Below, piece by piece: positions 36,401 to 41,205 of a DNA stretch of 41,205 nt (position 1 is its first letter; each line of letters begins with the position of its first letter). Under the pieces are notes generated by a model. That model had not been told where the DNA came from. It saw only the letters and a list, made by a program, of their open reading frames with translations, and did not search any database. Made by a program: the position numbers and the translations under genes. Source of the stretch: an uncultured bacterium (GTDB lineage: Bacteria > Hydrothermota > UBA3072); the NCBI GenBank assembly GCA_964604245.1, contig CAZRYJ010000001.1, positions 23,686 to 64,890 of the forward strand, in the 5' to 3' direction.

Positions 36401-36451
36401 GAACAGTTCGGGACAAGCAGTGAAGGATTTATTGAAATATTGAATGATTGA
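30470..36451 (+). CDS. bacterial alpha-2-macroglobulin family protein with intact thioester
   Basis: 1993 aa. Thioester motif YPYGCLEQ (CLEQ encoded at 34970-34981). Long series of MG-like beta-sandwich regions. Lys-rich N-terminal tail followed by one TM helix (WIPALAIIALILIAFLLY). Overlaps pbpC by 8 nt. Confidence 0.85.
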   Translation: MKKDRKKISKKATKSSKKTPKIKIDRKKILEKARQKKVWIPALAIIALILIAFLLYPKMKFEQKRIKQDTYEGTYQYTHEGLPGESTPPTTLSKELKITSYGPKGESRGQVQIKIYFNNPIIPLTTLSDKMRDSILKHINLEPTIKGKFRILGTSGVVFEPEHSLPMATHYTVTITKGIKDIAGNTLAEDFSWEFKTPLPQININPYNGSHHIELDQEVNIRSNTPLDLKSLKNKIEFFETETKRKVTYEFLEHEKNPKDNQDIGTYYVRYNYILKPKKELKKGTGYTVTLNPGVMTKRGNRPTEQKYTSIFQTYPLFRFTGSGFCSDCGYKLTTIPYVAFTNTPDWESVETNVTVFPGSEKDLLSRYSGCMSYSFGFNEYLLEPNTEYKVNLNYELIDIYGQKLENPQETSFITGELTPKMWGPSGYQIVTPNIEPKLGIKTVNINKAFYVIQGLEPKDILVREQLASYYITDELINNLKVKESRQDIKLNEEKVGKAYFDLSPHLRGGKFGAVAYRFTSPTVECYYEPIKFNGLILRTNIGIYTQLHPTGGIVKLNRLTDGKPVAKAKVKIYREDDLPRLEEIWDLITDKNINRISPCFRGTTDSKGILTLSAAEMQKCTERRISNKILNELYPPEADPDDILYDAKRYGFAEPPRLLIVAEKDDDWTFIHTEEGGNPSLWTFGINPAWEAERPLCRGTIFTDQHLYRPGDTVRLKGISRYLLYGKLQTGKGLSFEIKLRNPHGEEKRIKKVKVNEFGTFNLEIATKEGQPLGYYSITAENTKHNLKFYGNFRLAEFRVPEFEVKMDINKKIVTAGEPFKTSWEGNYYFGAPMAKASASLNITRRRTYFRPKNWDDFSFGVPSYLQDKKSSIGGSYLRETINLDNDGKASKTITLRREDVPYHMTYLCDAEVTDVSMQTSSANKSITVLADKRLIGVKLDDWIIAAKDKLKASVIVSSPEGKALIGIPVTVKLIKREYHCVKTKTPEGKFKVENTMVKKVVSTREIISGKEPKDLTFSPEKAGSYAIFAELRDSPKSGTAAAASIWVAGESYVPWEETGEDKLEIIMDKKEYKVGDTAKAFIKSPFPEAELFLTVCREKIFLKDSKEIKGGGFTYTFVVTEDMLPNAYVGAVLYRLGDPIVPVEEEIGKHMEKIGFTVFKVSVNDKYLNVEISPASKKLRPAEKLDVDIKVTRTDKKGHRSELTVMIVDEAVLSLTGYTPPDLVKIVYSHRGLSARITDNRPFIITKEELMQKGQGYGGGTGAMVGGPRVRKKFLKLAYYNPALVTDKNGIAHFSFKLPDNLTTWRIMVVSVGENNLFGYKDEKVVATQPFVLRSVLPRFARIGDKFSSGVAITNATEGEGSVKVSAELSGESVTLKKNELQANETTIKSGQSKTILFPFEAAGKGESKLKFTAFFTGTFGGKEITESDAIEIPLQVKELLATETVVAVGETQEKAEQAIKVDKSVRKDMGGLQVTLSSTALSNIGEGAKYLVEYPYGCLEQTSSRLLALIQLNYLSDKYGFSLEAIKCVDKVIDANIRKILLMQNSDGGFKFWPTSWRSDCYLSPYVAYLFKRCDDLGYEIPEDATVNLLGFLEHTLSNPCYTFLTWKALAEYRINILLGMHYLGKKDETYFEEYFNKRNELSYGAQISLAYLLYKSSRWEKEASILLEEIKNGMFVTAQTAHLESPKDLPPSWLFMYSPVITTAEATKLFLEMEPESEFISKFARYMLNARKNGRWRYTYENAKAIDALVEISLKREAKPPKYSADIFIAGEKVLTHMFKGHQYKPFEEFIPITKLPETQSKIDIFKKGRGYLYYVLSYSYRLKGAQTSRNEGFTIKRTVKDKDSGKLIAKYEAQPLEPIKIDAGDVLEVELEFKVNQTSYHLVIDDPIPSGLEAIDASLKTTSTRYDTDSQSRTTIGGSWNPINHTEMRDDRVALFADMVKPGIYKYKYLLRATTSGYFLWPCSKVSLMYEPEQFGTSSEGFIEILND

Positions 36452-38759
36452 CTTCAATAAGTTCAAAATTACAATAAATAAGAAAAAGGCGATTCGGAGC
36501 TTTTTCGGTTGTTTAAGTATATTCGTGCTCGGTTTCAGACTGACACCTTATCTATTTCCAATAACCGAAAAAAAAATATCAAAAGAGAGTTTTCATTCCG
36601 TTAAATTCTACGATAGAAACGGAAAATTGCTTCAAGAAGTCCTGTCAGAAAACTCGAGTCGCTCAATACACACTGATCTAAATAGAGTATCCTCTTACTT
36701 TGTAGAAGCAATCATTGCCTCCGAAGATAAAAATTTTTATCACCATAATGGTATCGATTATATAGCTGTCATAAGAGCAGCCTGGCAGAATACAAAAGAA
36801 AGAAAAATTATATCAGGGGCATCCACAATAACTTTACAACTGGCTCGAATGATACGACCCGGAAAAAGGACATTACTTAAAAAGATAAAAGAAGCATATT
36901 TCGCCTATCGCCTGGAGGCAGGACTGGGTAAAGAAAGAATTCTTGAATCTTATATAAATAGGATACCGATGGGTGGAAATCTTTACGGTATCGAAGGCGC
37001 AACCAGAGCTTACTTCGGTATATCATCTTCGGATTTAACTCTTGCACAAGCTTCTTTCCTGGCTTCCATACCCAATTCTCCGACCCGTTTAAACCCTTAT
37101 AATAATCTGAAAGATATTAAGATCCGGCAGAGATACGTACTTGAAAAAATGGAAAAACAAAATCTTATTAAAAAAGAAAGAATCGACAGGATTCTCAAAG
37201 AAGATATTTCTTTAAGACCGCAAACAGCATCCTTTCTTGCCCCGCATTTTGTTTTTACACTCATGAAAAGACTACCGGAAGAAGCACAAAATATAAAAGT
37301 TACTATCGACCGTGAATCACAAAAGCTAGTAACGGAACAAACAAATAGGATAGTAAAATCCTTAAAGCATCTTAACGTTACCAATGCCGCTGTTATATTA
37401 CTCGATAACCCAACAGGTGAAATCCTTGCATATGTCGGCTCGGCAGATTTTTTCAATTTAGAAAATGAAGGAGAAAACGATGGAGTAAGCGCTCTAAGAC
37501 AACCCGGATCTACGTTAAAGCCTTTCCTATATCAGCTGGCCTTAGAAGATGGTCTTACAGCCTCAACGATAATTTCCGACATACCAACCTATTATAAAAT
37601 GCCAACCGGTATATACAATCCCAAGAATTACTCCGAAGATTTTTACGGACCGGTACGATTAAGAGAAGCCCTGGCAAATTCGCTTAATGTACCGGCAGTA
37701 AGAGTCCTTGCTAAAATAGGTATAGATAAGTTCTTATCCCGTCTTAAGGAGTATGAATTTAATTCTCTAAACAAAGATGCCGACTATTACGGTGTGGGAC
37801 TCGTACTGGGAGGAGGAGAAGTATCTCTTTTCGAATTAGCAAGAGCTTACATGTGCTTATCGCGAAGAGGAAGTTTTATTCCGAGTAAAGAAATTCTTGA
37901 AATCAATGGAGAAAAACAGAAAAATACAGAATCCGAAAAAACAATCTCTTATCCCGAATTGAATTATATACTAACCGATATTTTAAGCGACAAATTTGCA
38001 CGTACCTCCGAATTCGGATTTAACTCTGTGCTGAATTTCCCTTTTCCTTGCGCAGTTAAGACCGGCACTTCATTCCGTTTTTGTGATAACTGGACAGTAG
38101 GGTTTACCAAAGATTATACCCTGGCTGTATGGGTGGGGAATTTCGACCATACTTCTATGCAGAAAGTTTCAGGTGTCTCCGGAGCCGGACCTTTGTTTGC
38201 GAATATCATGCATCTACTCTACAGTGAAAAGGAATGGCCGGAGAAAGATCCTTTGCCGGAAAAACTCACGCGAGTATCTATCTGTCCGATATCAGGTAAA
38301 AGACCAAACCACAATTGTCCTTCTTCGATAGAAGAAATAATAATCAAAAAGGATATTGCATCTTACAATAAAGACAGTTGCGACATACACACTCATTATA
38401 AGGGGAAAATTCATACGGTATTACCGGGAAAATATAAAGAATGGGCAGAAGGACTTGAGGCAAAAAATTCCTCAAACGAAATAAAACAGGAAGAAAGATT
38501 TAGAATAACAAAACCACAGGAAGGAGCAATCTTCTACCGATTATCTAATGTAAAACCCGAATATCAATCCATAAAGGTAGAACTTGTAACTACCGAAAAA
38601 GATGAAAAAGTAACGTGGTTATTAAACGGGAAAAAATTAAGAGAAACCGCTAAAGAACACAGTTTTCTCTGGCAAATAAAACCCGGAGAATATTGCCTTA
38701 TGGCTAAATCGGATAATGATAAAAACTTATCAAGCAGTATAAATTTCGCGGTCAAATAA
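36444..38759 (+). CDS. pbpC: penicillin-binding protein 1C (bifunctional glycosyltransferase/transpeptidase)
   Basis: 771 aa. GT51 motifs EDKNFYHHNGID and GASTITLQLAR. Transpeptidase motifs STLKP (SxxK), SLN (SxN) and KTGTS (KTG). Classic pairing with alpha-2-macroglobulin. Confidence 0.85.
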   Translation: MIDFNKFKITINKKKAIRSFFGCLSIFVLGFRLTPYLFPITEKKISKESFHSVKFYDRNGKLLQEVLSENSSRSIHTDLNRVSSYFVEAIIASEDKNFYHHNGIDYIAVIRAAWQNTKERKIISGASTITLQLARMIRPGKRTLLKKIKEAYFAYRLEAGLGKERILESYINRIPMGGNLYGIEGATRAYFGISSSDLTLAQASFLASIPNSPTRLNPYNNLKDIKIRQRYVLEKMEKQNLIKKERIDRILKEDISLRPQTASFLAPHFVFTLMKRLPEEAQNIKVTIDRESQKLVTEQTNRIVKSLKHLNVTNAAVILLDNPTGEILAYVGSADFFNLENEGENDGVSALRQPGSTLKPFLYQLALEDGLTASTIISDIPTYYKMPTGIYNPKNYSEDFYGPVRLREALANSLNVPAVRVLAKIGIDKFLSRLKEYEFNSLNKDADYYGVGLVLGGGEVSLFELARAYMCLSRRGSFIPSKEILEINGEKQKNTESEKTISYPELNYILTDILSDKFARTSEFGFNSVLNFPFPCAVKTGTSFRFCDNWTVGFTKDYTLAVWVGNFDHTSMQKVSGVSGAGPLFANIMHLLYSEKEWPEKDPLPEKLTRVSICPISGKRPNHNCPSSIEEIIIKKDIASYNKDSCDIHTHYKGKIHTVLPGKYKEWAEGLEAKNSSNEIKQEERFRITKPQEGAIFYRLSNVKPEYQSIKVELVTTEKDEKVTWLLNGKKLRETAKEHSFLWQIKPGEYCLMAKSDNDKNLSSSINFAVK

Positions 38760-38826
38760 AGACATCTTTCCCAAAAAACTTATTGACTTTCCCGGCAATC
38801 GCATTACTCTTAATATTGAAATCGAG

Positions 38827-39696
38827 ATGATAAAAATAACCAAAAAAAACATTGAAAAAAAACTGCTGGAAGCAATTAAAAAGGCTGAAACGGAACTTCC
38901 GATAGATGTAATAAAAGCCTTGAAAAAAGCAAAGAATATAGAAAAGGGACTTGCCAAAATCCAATTGGAGGCAATCCTCGAAAACGTTAGAATTGCTTCA
39001 AAAGAAAGTATCCCAATGTGTCAGGATACAGGTATAATGACATTCCACATAGAAGCAGGCACTGAATTTAAATACCTTGCCGACTTAAAGAAAATACTTA
39101 GTAACGCGGTAAAAAAAGCGACTGAAGAAATACCTCTCAGACCCAATACCGTTGATCCCTTTACCGGTAAAAATCCCGGGAACAATCTGGGCAGAAATAT
39201 CCCTCATATTACATGGGACATCACTAACGGAAAAGAATGCACGATACACATCATACCAAAGGGAGGCGGATCGGAAAATATGAGTGCTCTAAAAATGTTA
39301 AATCCCGGTAAAGGACTGCTTGAATCGAAAAAATTTATCATAGAGCATATAATAAAAGCAGGCGGTAAACCCTGTCCCCCAACCATCGTAGGTATAGGTA
39401 TCGGAGGCGGCTCCGATATCTGTCTGGCACTCGCAAAGAAAGCTCTTTTACGTAAAATCGGAGAGCGACACAGCGAAAAACATGTAGCAAAAATGGAAGA
39501 AGAGCTGCTCGAATTAATAAATAAATCAGGTGTAGGTCCGATGGGAATCGGGGGTAAAACAACGGTTTTGGACGTACATATAGAATACGCACACCGCCAT
39601 CCCGCGTCGTTTCCTTTAGGTTTAGTTTTACAGTGCTGGGCAGATAGAAGAAAAACAATAAAGTTTACAAAAAACGGTTCCATAAAAGTCATATAA
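38827..39696 (+). CDS. class I (Fe-S) fumarate hydratase / tartrate dehydratase, alpha subunit
   Basis: 289 aa. MCQDTGI cluster-ligand motif and IPKGGGSEN. Followed immediately (TAAATG) by the beta subunit gene. Confidence 0.8.
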   Translation: MIKITKKNIEKKLLEAIKKAETELPIDVIKALKKAKNIEKGLAKIQLEAILENVRIASKESIPMCQDTGIMTFHIEAGTEFKYLADLKKILSNAVKKATEEIPLRPNTVDPFTGKNPGNNLGRNIPHITWDITNGKECTIHIIPKGGGSENMSALKMLNPGKGLLESKKFIIEHIIKAGGKPCPPTIVGIGIGGGSDICLALAKKALLRKIGERHSEKHVAKMEEELLELINKSGVGPMGIGGKTTVLDVHIEYAHRHPASFPLGLVLQCWADRRKTIKFTKNGSIKVI

Positions 39697-40323
39697 ATGA
39701 AAAAAATCCAGTTGCAAACACCCTTATCAGCAAAAGACGTAAAAAATTTATCTGTGGGAGATACTGTTTTTTTAAGCGGTAAACTTTTCACCGCAAGGGA
39801 CGAGACACACAAGAAAATGCTTGAACTAAAAAGAAAGGGCAAAAAAACACCCTTCAACCCCAACGAAATGGCTTTATTCCACTGTGGTCCCGTTGTTAGG
39901 AAAGAAAAAAACGAATGGGTAATAATATCCGCAGGACCTACAACTTCAATTAGAATGGAAAACTTTGAAAGTGAATTCTTATCAACGTTCGGAGTACGGA
40001 TGATAATCGGTAAAGGCGGAATGGGAGAACAGACCTTAAAAGCCCTAAAAAAAACAGGGGCTGTATATACACATCTAACCGGTGGAACGGGTGCACTCGG
40101 GGCAAAAGCTGTAAAGAAAGTAGAAAACGTTTACTTTCTTGAAGAACTCGGAATACCGGAAGCTGCCTGGATACTTACCGTAGAGAATTTTGGCCCTCTC
40201 ATAGTAACAATGGATGCAAAGGGAAACAGTTTTTATGCCCACTTAGAAAAGGAAAGAAGAAAAAATCTTGAAAAAATCAATAAAGAAATTAGCCACAAAG
40301 ACACGAAGACACAAAGAAAATAA
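39697..40323 (+). CDS. class I fumarate hydratase / tartrate dehydratase, beta subunit
   Basis: 208 aa. LSGKLFTARDETHKKM and IGKGGMG motifs. The last 11 codons (ISHKDTKTQRK) and the stop are encoded by repeat module 40288-40320. Confidence 0.8.
   Translation: MKKIQLQTPLSAKDVKNLSVGDTVFLSGKLFTARDETHKKMLELKRKGKKTPFNPNEMALFHCGPVVRKEKNEWVIISAGPTTSIRMENFESEFLSTFGVRMIIGKGGMGEQTLKALKKTGAVYTHLTGGTGALGAKAVKKVENVYFLEELGIPEAAWILTVENFGPLIVTMDAKGNSFYAHLEKERRKNLEKINKEISHKDTKTQRK
40288..40320 (+). repeat. AAG-word module, left inverted flank of GxxExxY copy 3
   Basis: attagccacaaagacacgaagacacaaagaaaa. The inverse partner is at 40718-40742. Confidence 0.75.
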
Positions 40324-40716
40324 ATGAACTTTAAACCATTATCTAAGAAAGAAGAAGAAATAGCAAAAAAAATCGTAGATTCTGCATATACGGTTCATAA
40401 AGAATTAGGTGCAGGTTTACTTGAAAAAGTATACGAAACATGCTTTTGCCACGAATTATCTAAACGGGGAATTGAATTCAAAAGACAAATTCCGATTCCA
40501 ATAATCTATGACGGGGTCAAATTCGATGAAGGATTACGTTTGGATGTTCTCATAGAAGACAAAATTATATGTGAATTAAAAGCACTCGACCAAATGAATC
40601 CCGTATGGGAAGCTCAAATATTAAGTTATTTAAAATTAACTAACAAACGCTTGGGGTTTCTCATAAATTTTAATGTACCATTAATAAAAAAAGGTATAAA
40701 AAGATATGTTTTATAA
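40324..40716 (+). CDS. GxxExxY protein (PD-(D/E)XK fold), copy 3, divergent from copies 1 and 2
   Basis: 130 aa. GAGLLEKVYETCF contains the GxxExxY motif; RLDVLIEDKIICELKA contains D...E-x-K. The ATG directly follows the fumarase beta stop codon (aaaataaATGaa, the same junction as copies 1 and 2). Confidence 0.8.
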   Translation: MNFKPLSKKEEEIAKKIVDSAYTVHKELGAGLLEKVYETCFCHELSKRGIEFKRQIPIPIIYDGVKFDEGLRLDVLIEDKIICELKALDQMNPVWEAQILSYLKLTNKRLGFLINFNVPLIKKGIKRYVL

Positions 40717-40717
40717 T

Positions 40718-40742
40718 CTTAGTGCCTTGGTGCCTTCGTGGC
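40718..40742 (-). repeat. AAG-word module, right inverted flank of GxxExxY copy 3
   Basis: cttagtgccttggtgccttcgtggc. The reverse complement gccacgaaggcaccaaggcactaag has the same ccac-xAAG-xcac-xAAG-xcac-xAAG pattern as 40288-40320. Confidence 0.75.
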
Positions 40743-40763
40743 ATAAAAAATAAGGAATAATCA

Positions 40764-41205
40764 ATGGCTGATAATAAAAATCATGATATCGAAAAACTGA
40801 TAAAGAAAGCCGAACTGCCGCAAAAGATATCCCCAAAATGGCATGAACACTACCGGGGAAAAATCGAAAGTTCTTTGAAATGCTCCGTAACAAGCACGGA
40901 CGACTTCAGTATATGGTATACTCCGGGCGTTGCGGAACCGTGCAGAATGATAAATAAAGATCCCTCACTTGCTTACAAATTTACAAATAAGTGGAACAAT
41001 GTCGCAATAGTATCCGACGGCTCAAGAGTTCTTGGTCTTGGAGATATAGGAGCTCTTGCAAGTCTTCCTGTCATGGAAGGAAAAAGTCTTTTGTTTAAAT
41101 ATTTGGGAGGAGTAAGCGCTTTTCCGATTGTCCTTGATACAAAAGACCCGGAGAAATTCATCGAAACAGTAAAAATAATCGCTCCTGCTTTCGGAGGAAT
41201 AAATC
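40764..41205 (+). CDS. NAD(P)-dependent malic enzyme, N-terminal part (runs off the window)
   Basis: Not in the ORF track because no stop codon falls in the window. ATG 40764 gives MADNKNHDIEKLI...IWYTPGVAEPC...VAIVSDGSRVLGLGDIGALASLPVMEGKSLLFKYLGG, typical of MaeB-type malic enzymes. Confidence 0.8.
   Translation, partial: MADNKNHDIEKLIKKAELPQKISPKWHEHYRGKIESSLKCSVTSTDDFSIWYTPGVAEPCRMINKDPSLAYKFTNKWNNVAIVSDGSRVLGLGDIGALASLPVMEGKSLLFKYLGGVSAFPIVLDTKDPEKFIETVKIIAPAFGGIN

Overview
AT-rich (by eye, mid-30s % GC) chromosomal fragment from a diderm bacterium, probably an uncultivated lineage; I cannot place it taxonomically from sequence alone. Core content: an Omp85/TPR/lipoprotein envelope operon behind tRNA-Ala(GGC); a GT-C type membrane glycosyltransferase; two tandem type IV pilin genes; LL-diaminopimelate aminotransferase; a syntenic fimT/pilV/pilW/pilX/pilY1-type minor-pilin operon; a GAF-GGDEF cyclase; MlaE/MlaD; an inositol monophosphatase; a Xer-type tyrosine recombinase; HypA plus a cysteine-free Mrp/MinD ATPase; a 1993-aa thioester alpha-2-macroglobulin coupled to PBP1C; a two-subunit class I fumarase; and the start of a malic enzyme. 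The unusual part is the non-coding and accessory layer. (1) Nearly every intergenic gap is built from 35-50 nt 'three-word' modules: head TTA(A/G)CC(A/G)C, three 9-11 nt words sharing a suffix, then a C-rich tail. (2) Three GxxExxY (PD-(D/E)XK) cassettes and one four-helix-bundle (23S-IVS/Avd family) cassette sit between inverted repeats, and the word class is matched between the two flanks. (3) Modules appear to donate promoters, stop codons and C-terminal tails to neighbouring genes. (4) A 158-nt GC-rich multi-helix element lies between hypA and the Mrp-type ATPase gene. No CRISPR array, cas gene, reverse transcriptase, transposase or rRNA was seen. All family calls rest on motifs read from the translations; no database search was possible.
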